Positions 33,502-42,817 of a DNA stretch of 64,000 nt are shown here, piece after piece. This stretch comes from Pseudomonadota bacterium. GTDB taxonomy: Bacteria > Pseudomonadota > Gammaproteobacteria > Burkholderiales > Burkholderiaceae_C. The stretch covers positions 37,781 to 101,780 of the forward strand of contig JAIUPQ010000009.1 in NCBI GenBank assembly GCA_020161145.1, in the 5' to 3' direction. The notes beneath the pieces are model-generated. The model saw only the letters and a list, made by a program, of their open reading frames with translations. It was not told where the DNA came from and ran no database searches. The translations under genes were made by a program, and so were the position numbers. Position 1 is the first letter of the stretch, and every line of letters starts with the position of its first letter.

Positions 33502-33612
33502 CTCGCAACCAATCTCAAGAAAATGAAACGATCGTGCTATTGTCAGCCCGGTGTCAACCAACAGCCCTACGGGTAATCCTTAGTCGCCCCCAGCGTTTGT
33601 GACGGAGATTGG

Positions 33613-34110
33613 ATGTCGTCCACCCCATTGCCCGCAGCCGCCCGCTGGGCACCGCGCGTCACCGTGGCCGCCGTCATCAGCGATGCGCAAGGCCGCTATC
33701 TGGTGGTGGAGGAGCGCACCGCGCGCGGCCTGCGGCTGAACAACCCCGCCGGCCATCTGGAGCCCGGCGAGACGCTGACGGCCGCCGTGGTGCGCGAGGT
33801 GCTCGAAGAGACCGCCCGACCCTTCGTCCCCGAGGCGGTGGTGGGCATTTACCTGGCCCGCGTCGAGGCGCCCGGTGCCGGCGTGGCCGACGCCTACCTG
33901 CGCTTTACCTTCTGTGGCCGCGTGGGCGAGCCCGAACCGGGTCGGGTGCTGGACGAGCCCATCGTGCGCACGCTGTGGCTCACCCGCGAGGAGCTGGCCG
34001 CCGACCCCCTGCGCCTGCGCAGCCCCATGGTGATGCGCAGTGTGGACGACCACGCCGCGGGGCGGCGTCACGATCTGGCGGTGTTGGGGGTGGTGGCCCC
34101 GTTGACCTGA
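33613..34110 (+). CDS. NUDIX hydrolase
   Basis: Nudix box GHLEPGETLTAAVVREVLEETA. Confidence 0.85.
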   Translation: MSSTPLPAAARWAPRVTVAAVISDAQGRYLVVEERTARGLRLNNPAGHLEPGETLTAAVVREVLEETARPFVPEAVVGIYLARVEAPGAGVADAYLRFTFCGRVGEPEPGRVLDEPIVRTLWLTREELAADPLRLRSPMVMRSVDDHAAGRRHDLAVLGVVAPLT

Positions 34111-34125
34111 GGCGGGCCACTCGCC

Positions 34126-34776
34126 TTACGCCGGGTGGCGGCTCAGCGCCAGGAATGGGGCCGGATCCCGGATGCGCACGCTGGCGTACCCCAGTTCGAC
34201 GAGACCCTCGGCCTCCCAGGCCTTGAGCTGCCGGTTGACGCGCTGGCGGGACACGCCCAGTTGGGCCGCCAAGGCCTCTTGCGGCAGCCGCAGCGGCTCG
34301 GCCGTCTGCGCCTGCGCCAACAGCCGGGCCGCCAGCCGGGCGGACAGGGGCCGCAGCGAGGCGTCCTCGATCCAGGCCAGCGCCTGGCGGTAGCGGTGGC
34401 AGACCAGCCGGGTGACCGCCAGCAGCGCCTGGGCGTCGTGGCCCACCAGGCGCCAGAACGCAGGCGCCGACAGCACCGCGACCTCGGCCGCTGCCAACGC
34501 CTCGGCGCGAAACGCCCGCGACACCCCATCCAGCAGCGGCACCTCGCCAAACCACTGGCCCTGGCCCAAGACGGCGGCAAGCAGCTGGCGGCCATCGGCG
34601 GCGTAAATCGACACCTGCACCCGCCCCGCCAACACACCGAACATGGCCTGCGGCATCGAGCCCAGGCCGAAGAGTTCTTCGCCGGCCACCAGACGCCGAC
34701 GCGAGGACGCGGCCACAAAGCGCGCGGCCAGTGACGGCGGCAGGCCACCCGCAGCGGTCAGGTCAGATCGGGTCAT
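34126..34776 (-). CDS. Crp/Fnr-family transcriptional regulator
   Basis: ATG at 34776. It has a cNMP-binding-like fold (GQWFGEVPLLDG) and a C-terminal HTH (PQEALAAQLGVSRQRVNRQLKAWEAEGLV). There is no N-terminal Cys cluster, so it is not FNR proper. Confidence 0.8.
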   Translation of the reverse strand: MTRSDLTAAGGLPPSLAARFVAASSRRRLVAGEELFGLGSMPQAMFGVLAGRVQVSIYAADGRQLLAAVLGQGQWFGEVPLLDGVSRAFRAEALAAAEVAVLSAPAFWRLVGHDAQALLAVTRLVCHRYRQALAWIEDASLRPLSARLAARLLAQAQTAEPLRLPQEALAAQLGVSRQRVNRQLKAWEAEGLVELGYASVRIRDPAPFLALSRHPA

Positions 34777-34857
34777 GTGCAGATTGTCCAAAAGTGACAG
34801 TTTCGCAGGGCGGTCGTCGCCACCATGAGCGCTCCTTGACTTGGTCCATCCATCGCC

Positions 34858-35547
34858 ATGTACGTCGGTCACTTTGCCATCGGCCTCGCGCTCAAAGCCC
34901 GGTTTCCCAAGACCCCTACGCTGCCGCTGCTGCTGGGTGTCGGGTTTCTGGACATCCTGGACGGTCTGTTCATTGTGTTGGGCTGGAACCTGGTCACGCC
35001 CAACCTGAACGCCGGCCCCTACCTGTTCTTCGACCTGACCTTCATCGACTGGGACCACTCGCTGGCGGCGGCGTTGCTGTGGTCGCTGGTCTGGGGCGCG
35101 CTGTTCATCAGGGACAAGCGGGGCGCCCTGCTGGCTTTCGTCGCAGCCTTCTCGCACATCGTGGCCGACTGGCCCCTGCACAACCACGATCTGGCGCTAT
35201 TCCCCTATGCCGACACGCACCTTGGCCTTGGGGGCTGGGGCAGGCTGGGCACGTTGTCGTGGGTGCTTGAAGGGCTGTTCGCGGCGGTGCTTGCCGCCTA
35301 CGCCGCCAGGCGGGCGGCGCAGCAGGGGCAGCGCTGGATCTGGCCCTGCGTGCTGCTGCTGGTGCTGTTCGCCAACCTTTCGCCCTGGCTGTCGCCCATG
35401 AAACTGGTGGCCACCTGGGGAGAGCCCGCCGCGCATCTGACGCATGGGGTGCTCGTGACCTTGGGTTTCCTGCTCCCGGGTCTGATGCTGACGGTGCTCA
35501 TCGACCGCGCCGCGCGCGCCCCGGCCCCGGCACGCGCTCAGGGCTGA
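34858..35547 (+). CDS. hypothetical polytopic inner-membrane protein
   Basis: About 7 hydrophobic segments with conserved-looking His/Asp residues (HFAIG, DILDG, HIVADWPLH). The family is uncertain. It is divergent from the Crp-family gene. Confidence 0.5.
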   Translation: MYVGHFAIGLALKARFPKTPTLPLLLGVGFLDILDGLFIVLGWNLVTPNLNAGPYLFFDLTFIDWDHSLAAALLWSLVWGALFIRDKRGALLAFVAAFSHIVADWPLHNHDLALFPYADTHLGLGGWGRLGTLSWVLEGLFAAVLAAYAARRAAQQGQRWIWPCVLLLVLFANLSPWLSPMKLVATWGEPAAHLTHGVLVTLGFLLPGLMLTVLIDRAARAPAPARAQG

Positions 35548-36905
35548 CGCAGGCCGTGGCGCTCCAGCATCCGGTAGGCCGTGCGCTCGGAAACGCCCAA
35601 GACCTCGGCCACCAGGCGGCGGTTGCCGCCATGGCGCTCCAGCAGCAAGGTCAGGTAGAGCCGCTCGATGTCGTCCAACGTGGGCTCATGGCCTTGCCAC
35701 AGCGTCGTCAGCGCGGCCGCCATGGGGTGGGCCGACGGCGGGCTGGTCGCGGGCGGCGCCAGCACCGGCAGGTGGCACGGCTCGATCCGCGGGCTGGCGC
35801 GGGCCAGCAGCACGGCGCGCTCGATCACGTTGCGCAGCTCGCGCACATTGCCAGGCCAGTCGTAGGCCAGCAGGCTGCGCATGGCCTCGGGCGTCACGGT
35901 GTGCGGCACGGGGCGACGGCTGGCGCGGGCAATGAAGTGATCAACCAGCAGCGGGACGTCTTCGGGGCGCTGGCGCAAGGGCGGCACCGGGATGGTGAAG
36001 GCCGACAGCCGGTAGTAAAGATCGGCGCGAAAGCCGCCCTCCTTGACGGCGGTCGGCAGATCGCGGTTGGTGGCGGCCACCACGCGCACATCGGCGCGCA
36101 GATCGGTGGTGGCGCCCACGCGGCGAAACCGGCCCGTCTCCAGCACGCGCAGCAGCTTGGCCTGTAGTGCCGGGCCGATGTCGCCGATCTCGTCCAGAAA
36201 CAGCGTGCCACCCGCCGCCGCCTCGATCAGGCCGGGTTTGCGCCGGTCGGCGCCGGTGAAGGCGCCGCGCTCGTGGCCGAACAGCTCGCTCTCGAACAGC
36301 GTCTCTTGCAGCGTGGTGCAGTCCACCGCCACAAACGGTTCGGCATGGCGTGCGCTGGCCTTGTGCACGGCGCTGGCCACCAGTTCCTTGCCCACGCCGC
36401 TGTCGCCCGTGACCAGCACCGTCATCGGCGTATCGGCAACGGCGTCGATCAGCTCGCGCACCTGACCCATGGCGGGGCTCTCGCCCAGCAGGTCGGGGGT
36501 GCGGCGGGCGCTGCTGCGGGCCTCGCCGACGGCGTGGGCGGCACGCAACCGCCCGCCCACCAGCGCGCGGCGGATGACCAGCTCCAGCTCATCGAGGTTG
36601 ACCGGTTTGACCAGGTAGTCGGCCGCGCCCAGCCGCATGGCCTGCACGGCGTGGTCGATGGAGCCGTAGGCGGTCAACATGACGGTGGGCCGGTCGGCGG
36701 CGAGTTCGGCCAACGGCCCCAGGTCCTGCGAGTCGGGCAGGTTCAAGTCCAGCAGCACCAGGTCGGGGGCGTGGCTGTCGAGCTTGGCGCGGGCCTCGGC
36801 CCAGGTGTAGGCCCCGGCCATCTCGTAGCCGGCCTGGCGCAGCGCGCGCTGAAGCATGTGGTTGAGCACCACGTCGTCCTCGACCACCAGAATGCTGGCG
36901 CTCAT
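35538..36905 (-). CDS. sigma-54-dependent response regulator (NtrC family: REC - AAA+ - HTH)
   Basis: REC domain (ILVVEDD...[11 protein letters not shown]), AAA+ domain with Walker A (GDSGVGKE), the sigma-54 contact loop GAFTGA, and a C-terminal Fis-type HTH ([17 protein letters not shown]). Confidence 0.92.
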   Translation of the reverse strand: MSASILVVEDDVVLNHMLQRALRQAGYEMAGAYTWAEARAKLDSHAPDLVLLDLNLPDSQDLGPLAELAADRPTVMLTAYGSIDHAVQAMRLGAADYLVKPVNLDELELVIRRALVGGRLRAAHAVGEARSSARRTPDLLGESPAMGQVRELIDAVADTPMTVLVTGDSGVGKELVASAVHKASARHAEPFVAVDCTTLQETLFESELFGHERGAFTGADRRKPGLIEAAAGGTLFLDEIGDIGPALQAKLLRVLETGRFRRVGATTDLRADVRVVAATNRDLPTAVKEGGFRADLYYRLSAFTIPVPPLRQRPEDVPLLVDHFIARASRRPVPHTVTPEAMRSLLAYDWPGNVRELRNVIERAVLLARASPRIEPCHLPVLAPPATSPPSAHPMAAALTTLWQGHEPTLDDIERLYLTLLLERHGGNRRLVAEVLGVSERTAYRMLERHGLRQP

Positions 36906-38788
36906 GACCCGTCGGCGCGGGCGGCATCCGCGTCGGGCAGGGTGACGGTGAAGCGGCTGCCTTGCCCCGGCGTGCTGGTCACCGCGATGTGGCCGCCGCG
37001 GCCCTCGACCAGGGATTTGCAGATGGCCAGCCCCATGCCCGTGCCGCGCAGGCCGTCGGCGCGGCGGCTGTAGAACGGCAGGAAGATCAGGGCCATCTGC
37101 TCGGGGTCGATGCCGCAGCCGCTGTCCTGCACGGCCAGCTGCAGCGTGGTGTCGTCGGCGCGGCGGACGTCGATGGCCAGCGTGCCGCCCCCGCGCATGG
37201 CGTGCAACGCGTTGTGCACCAGATTGAGCAGCACCTGGCGCAGCTCGCCCTCGTCGGCCAGCACGCGCCGATCCGGCGCGGCCTGCACCCGCAGCGCCAC
37301 GCCGGCCTGGCGAATCTCTTCGCCCAGCAAGGCGGTCACATCGTCGATGGCGGCGCGCACGCTCACCGGCTGCGCCGGCTGGGCCGACGGCTGCGACAGG
37401 CGCAGCAGGCGTTGGGTGATGTCAACGCAGCGATCGATCTGCGCATCGACCAGGTGCAGGTATTCGGCCAGCTCGGTCGCCGGCATGGCGCCGCTTTGCA
37501 GGCCGCGCAGGGCCGATTGCAGCGCCAGGCGGATCGAGGCCAGCGGGTTGTGGATCTCGTGCGCCACGCCGTTGGCCAGCAGGCCCACGGCCGCCAGGCG
37601 CTGCTCTTGCGAGAAGCGCACCTGCTCGGCCAGCGGCCGGATGATTTCCACCACCTGCATGCTCCCGTCGGGCGCACGCAGCGGTGCGGCATGGATGTCC
37701 ACGTCCACGCGGCTGCCATCGGCGCGGGTGAAGGCCATCACCGTGCGGGTGGGGACGCCGCTGGCTTCGCAGGTGCGCAGCGGGCAGTGCACCAGCGTCT
37801 GCGGACAGGGCTCGTCCAGGGCGCGGCTGATGCGGTGGCAGGGCTGGTTCTGGATGGCCGCCAGCGGCTGGCCCATCAACCGCGCATAGGCGGTGTTGGC
37901 GGTGACGATGCGGTGGTCGGCACCCAGCAGCAGCATGGGGTCGGGCGCGGCGTCCAGCAGCGACTGCAGGAACGCGCGCTGGGCAGCCAGTGCGTCCATC
38001 TGGCCGTGCAGCTGTCTGGCCATGCGATCCACGCCCTGGCCGAGCTGGGCCAGCTCGTCGCGGCCGGTCAGGCCCGAGCGGGCGGCCAGGTCGCCGCCGG
38101 CTATGCGCCGGACTTGCTCGGCCAGCCGGGCCACCGGCCGCAGCACATCGCGCTGCAGCGCCCAGACCATGCCCAAGGCCAGCGCCACCAGCGCGGTCAG
38201 CGCGGCCGGCAGCAGCCATAGGCTGGCCCGTTCAATGGCCTCTCGCTCGGCGGCCATGGGCGCGAAGTCCAGCACCAGTACGCCGTTGATCGGCCGCGCG
38301 GCCACGCTGCCGTGGCAGCCCTGGCAGCGCGCCTGGTTGCGCACCGGGTAGGCCACGCGCAGGGCCCGCGTGGCGCCCTCCTGCTGCCAGCTCAGCGCGG
38401 GGGGTGAGAGCGGGCCGCAATGGGTGCCCAGACACAGGCCGGCAAGCGCGCCCGTTTCGGTCTGGCCCAGGCGCCGGGTGTCCGAGGCAAAGCGCACCTC
38501 GCCGGCCGGATCGAGCAGGGCCGCGCCGCTCATGCCGTTCATGCCGCCGACCTGGTCCAGCAGCTGCGCCAGACCCTCCAGGTCGCGCCGCAGCATGGCG
38601 TGGTGCAGGCTGGCTTCGAAGAGCCCGGCCAGGCGCAGCGATGCGCGCTCGTGCTCGGCGCGCATCGCGCGCTGGCCCACCCAGGCCCACAGCGACAGCA
38701 GCAGCACCACGGCCGCCGCAAACGCCAACAGCAGGCGTGGGGCGATGCGGCGGATCAAGGTGGTGGCCATGAACGCTGACCCTAACAC
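36902..38788 (-). CDS. sensor histidine kinase with a periplasmic CXXCH (haem c) domain, HAMP, a Cys-rich PAS domain, HisKA and HATPase
   Basis: TM1 ([18 protein letters not shown]), a periplasmic domain containing CQGCH (DNA 38312-38326), TM2, HAMP, a PAS domain with [25 protein letters not shown], an H-box ([13 protein letters not shown]), and N and G boxes. The stop overlaps the response-regulator start. An alternative start (MATTL) lies at 38770. Confidence 0.9.
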   Translation of the reverse strand: MLGSAFMATTLIRRIAPRLLLAFAAAVVLLLSLWAWVGQRAMRAEHERASLRLAGLFEASLHHAMLRRDLEGLAQLLDQVGGMNGMSGAALLDPAGEVRFASDTRRLGQTETGALAGLCLGTHCGPLSPPALSWQQEGATRALRVAYPVRNQARCQGCHGSVAARPINGVLVLDFAPMAAEREAIERASLWLLPAALTALVALALGMVWALQRDVLRPVARLAEQVRRIAGGDLAARSGLTGRDELAQLGQGVDRMARQLHGQMDALAAQRAFLQSLLDAAPDPMLLLGADHRIVTANTAYARLMGQPLAAIQNQPCHRISRALDEPCPQTLVHCPLRTCEASGVPTRTVMAFTRADGSRVDVDIHAAPLRAPDGSMQVVEIIRPLAEQVRFSQEQRLAAVGLLANGVAHEIHNPLASIRLALQSALRGLQSGAMPATELAEYLHLVDAQIDRCVDITQRLLRLSQPSAQPAQPVSVRAAIDDVTALLGEEIRQAGVALRVQAAPDRRVLADEGELRQVLLNLVHNALHAMRGGGTLAIDVRRADDTTLQLAVQDSGCGIDPEQMALIFLPFYSRRADGLRGTGMGLAICKSLVEGRGGHIAVTSTPGQGSRFTVTLPDADAARADGS

Positions 38789-38816
38789 CGGCCGGCGTGC
38801 GCCGCCTTGAACCCGG

Positions 38817-39500
38817 TCACGCGGCCGGGCGGTGCAGGGCCTGCACCGCGTGCAGCGTCAACATGGCCAGCGCGGCATAGAGCAGGGTGCCCGCGCGGCG
38901 GTGCACGCGCTCGGCAAACCGGGGCAGCCAGCGCAGCAGATGCTCGGATGCGAACTGACGCGCCGCCTCGGGCTGACCCAGGGCCAGCGCGTGAGCGCAG
39001 AAGGCCAACTCATGGCTGAGGTGGTCGTCGGGCATGGTGCGCCAGTCGATCACCACCATGCCGTGCTGGCGGTAGATGGTGCGCACATCGAAGGTGGGGG
39101 CCTGCAGCATCAGGTTGTCGTCATCCAGCCAGACCGATTCGTATGGTGAGGCGCGCAGCGCATGGGTCAGGTAGATGCCGGCGTAGTCGGCGGCCAGTTC
39201 GGCGTCAAGCTGGCGTCGCTCGCTGGCCGGGGTGTGGCCCAGCGCCGTCAGTGCAGCGTCCATGGCGACGACGGCGTCGTCGGCGGCGGTGAGCAAGGCC
39301 AGCCCCTGCGGGAAGCCGTTGCGGTGCAATGCCAGCCAGGTGGCGCTGTCGCGTTCGGCGGCGTGCAGCCAGGCCAGCGCGCGCAGGTCTTGCGCCGCCA
39401 GCTGCTCGGCGGGCGTGGCGGCACGCGCCCGGCGCGCAAGCGGCATGGCGACGGGGGCCACCGTGGGGGCGGCGTTCATGGGGTGGCCCGGCGCATTCAT
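38817..39500 (-). CDS. TorD/DmsD-family redox-enzyme maturation chaperone
   Basis: ATG at 39500 overlaps the stop of the FeS subunit (ATGA). ...LAADYAGIYL...SPYESVWLD...PDDHLSHELAFCAHL is TorD-like. It occupies the usual position after the reductase subunits. Confidence 0.8.
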   Translation of the reverse strand: MNAPGHPMNAAPTVAPVAMPLARRARAATPAEQLAAQDLRALAWLHAAERDSATWLALHRNGFPQGLALLTAADDAVVAMDAALTALGHTPASERRQLDAELAADYAGIYLTHALRASPYESVWLDDDNLMLQAPTFDVRTIYRQHGMVVIDWRTMPDDHLSHELAFCAHALALGQPEAARQFASEHLLRWLPRFAERVHRRAGTLLYAALAMLTLHAVQALHRPAA

Positions 39501-40207
39501 TCGACCCGCCCCTTGGGATGGACGACGAAGACGATGGACGGGTGGGTGAGCTCGGGGTCGGCCAGGTCTTTGACGCGGCCGGCCACCTGATCGTGTGGCC
39601 CCACCGCCAGGGTCGCGTGGGTGCCGGCGCGCAACTGATCGATGGGGCCGATGTCCAGCACGCGCATCATGCAGGCCTGCACGCAGTACGGCTTGCGGCC
39701 GGCCTCCAGCTCGTCGATGCACATATTGCATTTCTTGACCAGGTTGTCGCTGGGGTCGTACTGCGGCGCGCCGTAAGGGCAGGCCGCTTCGCAGCGGCGG
39801 CAGCCGATGCACAGCGTGGAGTCGATGTCCACCACGCCGTTGTCGGCCCGCTTCCAGATGGCGCCCGTGGGGCAGGTGGGCAGGCAGGCGGGCTCGGCGC
39901 AGTGGTTGCACGCCATGTTGACCTTGTACGCCCAGACTTCAGGAAAGCTGCCGCCTTCGTGGTACATGACGCGCCGAAAGCGCGGGCCGGGAGCCAGGCC
40001 GTTCTTGTCCTTGCAGGCGATCTCGCAGGCGCGGCAGCCGATGCAGTCCACGTTGTTGTGCACGAAGCCGAACTGCTGGGCCGGTTTGACGGGCTCGTAG
40101 GTCTGGGCGTCGCGCCGCGCCTGGGCTTCGGCCACCTTGGCCTTGGCGGCCGGCTTGAGCTTGTTGATGACGGGCTTGGTGGGGTTTGATCTGGGCTGCT
40201 GGCTCAT
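39497..40207 (-). CDS. DmsB-type 4x[4Fe-4S] electron-transfer subunit
   Basis: Four ferredoxin Cys groups: CIGCRACEIAC, CNHCAEPACLPTCP, CIGCRRCEAACP and CNMC...CVQAC. A Lys/Ala-rich N-terminal extension of about 45 aa precedes the first cluster. Confidence 0.92.
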   Translation of the reverse strand: MSQQPRSNPTKPVINKLKPAAKAKVAEAQARRDAQTYEPVKPAQQFGFVHNNVDCIGCRACEIACKDKNGLAPGPRFRRVMYHEGGSFPEVWAYKVNMACNHCAEPACLPTCPTGAIWKRADNGVVDIDSTLCIGCRRCEAACPYGAPQYDPSDNLVKKCNMCIDELEAGRKPYCVQACMMRVLDIGPIDQLRAGTHATLAVGPHDQVAGRVKDLADPELTHPSIVFVVHPKGRVE

Positions 40208-40210
40208 CGC

Positions 40211-42817
40211 TCAATCTCCTCTGCGGAACACCGACGAGCGGGCGGTGGCCAATTGATCCCAGCCGGGCCGGTGCGCGAGCGCGGTCTTGCGGATGCCCAC
40301 CAAAATGGTGTTGTAGGCAAACGCGCCGGCGGGGCTGGGCGCGTCCAGCGTCAGAAAGTCGGGGTTGCCTGCGCGGTCTATGCCTTGGGCGTCCCGGTCC
40401 ATCCAGGCCCCCTCATGAAGCACGGCCACCCCGGGCAGTACCCGCTCGGTGACGTACACGGGCACGATGCAGGCGCCGCGATCGTTGTAGACCTCCACCG
40501 TGTCGCCCGTGATCAGGCCCAGCCGCCGGGCGTCGCCAGCGTTGATCGTCACCTCCTGGCTGCAGGTCTCGCGCAGCACGCCGACGTTGTGATAGATCGA
40601 ATGCGTGCGCTCGCGGGGGTGGGGCGTGATCAGGTGGAAGGGGTACTGCCGGGTCAGCGGATGGTTGAGCGACTCGAACGGCTCGATCCACTTGGGTATG
40701 GCCGGAATGGGCTGGCCGTATTGCGTGCGCGTCCAGTCGCGGATGTTGGCCAGCTGCGTGGACATGATTTCGATCTTGCCCGAGGGGGTCTGGAACGGTC
40801 GCCCTCGTTCGATCTGGTCCTGGAAGGCCACGTGCGGGCGGGCGAGCTTGAACTTGTAGATGCCGTGCTGCTTGAACTGTGCCCAGCTCATCTGCACGTG
40901 CTGGTGTTCCTGCACGCGGTGCCACCAGTCGGTGAGGTAGGCCTCGTCCACCGCGTCGGGGTCGTTGAAATAGGTGCGGCTTGCGCGCGGGTTGTAGCGC
41001 TGGCCAAAGCCGGCCAGGTTCTGCGGATCGAGCTGTTCGAGCCGATAGGCCAGTTCGGTGAAGACCTGGAAGTCGGTCTTGCTCTCGCCCAGCGGCTCGA
41101 TCACCTTGGGGCGGTGGATGTAGTAGTGGCCTTTGTACCAGGGCAGGGCCACGTCATGGCGCTCGAAGTGGGTGCAGATGGGCAGCAGCACATCGGCCCA
41201 GATGCCGCTGGGGGTGATGGTGGCGTCCATGCACACCACCAGCTCCAGCCGCTTGATGGCCGCGATCTCCTTGTTGATGTTGGTCAGCTGGTTGAACCAG
41301 TCGCTGCCCTGCCAGAAGATGCCTTTGATGTTGGGGATGACGCCGTCGAGCTGATCCTGCCGCGGCCACAGGCCGATCTCCTCGCGCCGGACGTCGGGGT
41401 AGTTCAGCACGCAGTGCGCCCAGCGGTCGCTCTTGATGGAGGCGAACCAGACGTTGGCGAACTCGTCGTACGGGTAGGCCACGGCCTCGGCGTGCCAGGC
41501 CTTGCCCACGCCCTCGGCGCAGCCACCCAGCTTGCCGATGTTGCCCGTCATCGCCTGCAGGGCGGCGGCCATGCGGTTGTACTGCTCGCCGTAGGCGGCG
41601 CGGCCTGGCGCCCAGCTGGCCTTGAGTGCGGCCGGCTTGGTCTGGGCGTACAGCTGGGCCAGCTTGCGGATGTCGGCCGCCCTGACGCCGCAGATGGGTT
41701 CGGCCCATTCGGGCGTCTTGGGCGTCTTGTCGTATTTGCCGAGGATGTAGTCCTTGAAGTTCTCGCGCCCGGCGTACTGCGGGGGCAGTGTGCCGGCGTC
41801 CATGCCCAGCGTGAAGCGGTTGATGAAGTCCTGGTCTTGCAGGCCCTGCGTGAAGATGTGATGGGCCATGGCCGCCATCATGGCGGCGTCGGTTCCGGGC
41901 TTGATGGGAATCCACCAGGCGTCGTAGACGGCGGCGGAATCCGTGTATTGCGGATCGACCAGCACGAACTTGCAGCCGCGCTGCTTGGCCATGCGCATGT
42001 AGTAGAACGTGTTGCCGCCGTGGAAGGTGTAGGCCGGATTCCAGCCCCACATGATGATGAGCTGGGAGTGGGCAAACGCATCGTCCTCGTTGCCGTCCTC
42101 GATGGTGCCGAAGGTCATGCGGCTGGAGAAGGTCGTGCCCTGGTAGCTGGGCACGCTCCACGAGCTGGTGCGGCAGCCGAACATGCCCATGAAGCGGCCC
42201 AGCAGGCCTTCGATCTGGTCGCTTTTGTGCAGCACGCCGTAGCTGGCGCCGGCATAGCTTTGATCGACCAGCGCCGTCGGGCCATAGGTCTGCTTGAGCT
42301 GCGTCATCTTGCGGGCGACGTAGTCCAGTGCTTCGTCCCAGCTGGCACGGCGGAACTTGCCCGCACCGCGCTCGCCGACGCGGATCATCGGGTACAGCAG
42401 CCGCTCGGGCGAGTACACGCGCGAGCGGTACGAGCGCCCGCGCAGGCAGGCGCGCAACTGGGGCTCCTCGAACGTGTCCTTGCCGAAGGCGCCGCCCTCC
42501 TGGTAGCGGCCGTCGTCGGTCGAGAGTCGCACGATGACGTCGCCCTTCTTGTGCGCCACCAGCACGTGGCGCGAGCCGCAGTTGTGGGCGCACGAGGTGA
42601 CCACCGTGGTCAGTTGGTCGTCGCTGCTGTAGGGCTCGTAGGCAAACGCCGTGGCCTTCTTCGGAAAGCCCGCCAGGGCCACCAGGCCCGTGGCGCCGAT
42701 GAGGGTGAGAAAGTCGCGCCGGCTGGTGGGCAGTGCGGCCTGGGCCACCGTGAAGGCGGCCAGCGAGGCGCCCGGCAGGGGGGTGGCGGGCGGCGTGGTC
42801 AGGGTGCCCGTGGTCAT
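40211..42817 (-). CDS. Tat-exported molybdopterin oxidoreductase catalytic subunit, DmsA/YnfE-like (DMSO reductase family)
   Basis: Twin-arginine signal (TSRRDFLTLIGATG). By hand alignment to my memory of E. coli DmsA, the long block ACLRGRSYRSRVYSPERLLYPMIRVGERGAGKFRRASWDEALDYV is closely similar. The N-terminal cluster motif reads CAHNCGSRH. The start overlaps the cytochrome stop. Confidence 0.93.
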   Translation of the reverse strand: MTTGTLTTPPATPLPGASLAAFTVAQAALPTSRRDFLTLIGATGLVALAGFPKKATAFAYEPYSSDDQLTTVVTSCAHNCGSRHVLVAHKKGDVIVRLSTDDGRYQEGGAFGKDTFEEPQLRACLRGRSYRSRVYSPERLLYPMIRVGERGAGKFRRASWDEALDYVARKMTQLKQTYGPTALVDQSYAGASYGVLHKSDQIEGLLGRFMGMFGCRTSSWSVPSYQGTTFSSRMTFGTIEDGNEDDAFAHSQLIIMWGWNPAYTFHGGNTFYYMRMAKQRGCKFVLVDPQYTDSAAVYDAWWIPIKPGTDAAMMAAMAHHIFTQGLQDQDFINRFTLGMDAGTLPPQYAGRENFKDYILGKYDKTPKTPEWAEPICGVRAADIRKLAQLYAQTKPAALKASWAPGRAAYGEQYNRMAAALQAMTGNIGKLGGCAEGVGKAWHAEAVAYPYDEFANVWFASIKSDRWAHCVLNYPDVRREEIGLWPRQDQLDGVIPNIKGIFWQGSDWFNQLTNINKEIAAIKRLELVVCMDATITPSGIWADVLLPICTHFERHDVALPWYKGHYYIHRPKVIEPLGESKTDFQVFTELAYRLEQLDPQNLAGFGQRYNPRASRTYFNDPDAVDEAYLTDWWHRVQEHQHVQMSWAQFKQHGIYKFKLARPHVAFQDQIERGRPFQTPSGKIEIMSTQLANIRDWTRTQYGQPIPAIPKWIEPFESLNHPLTRQYPFHLITPHPRERTHSIYHNVGVLRETCSQEVTINAGDARRLGLITGDTVEVYNDRGACIVPVYVTERVLPGVAVLHEGAWMDRDAQGIDRAGNPDFLTLDAPSPAGAFAYNTILVGIRKTALAHRPGWDQLATARSSVFRRGD

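Noticed and set aside
34126-35187. Long N-terminal extensions in the ORF track. Examples are 34126..35187, 10168..11397, 10229..10927, 11366..13180, 13995..16598, 17597..18454, 57319..58869 and 61046..62551.
   Set aside because: The extensions are Arg/Pro/Gly-rich, overlap neighbouring genes, and precede internal starts that give canonical family N-termini, signal peptides, or ATGA/GTGA coupling. The shorter starts were used.
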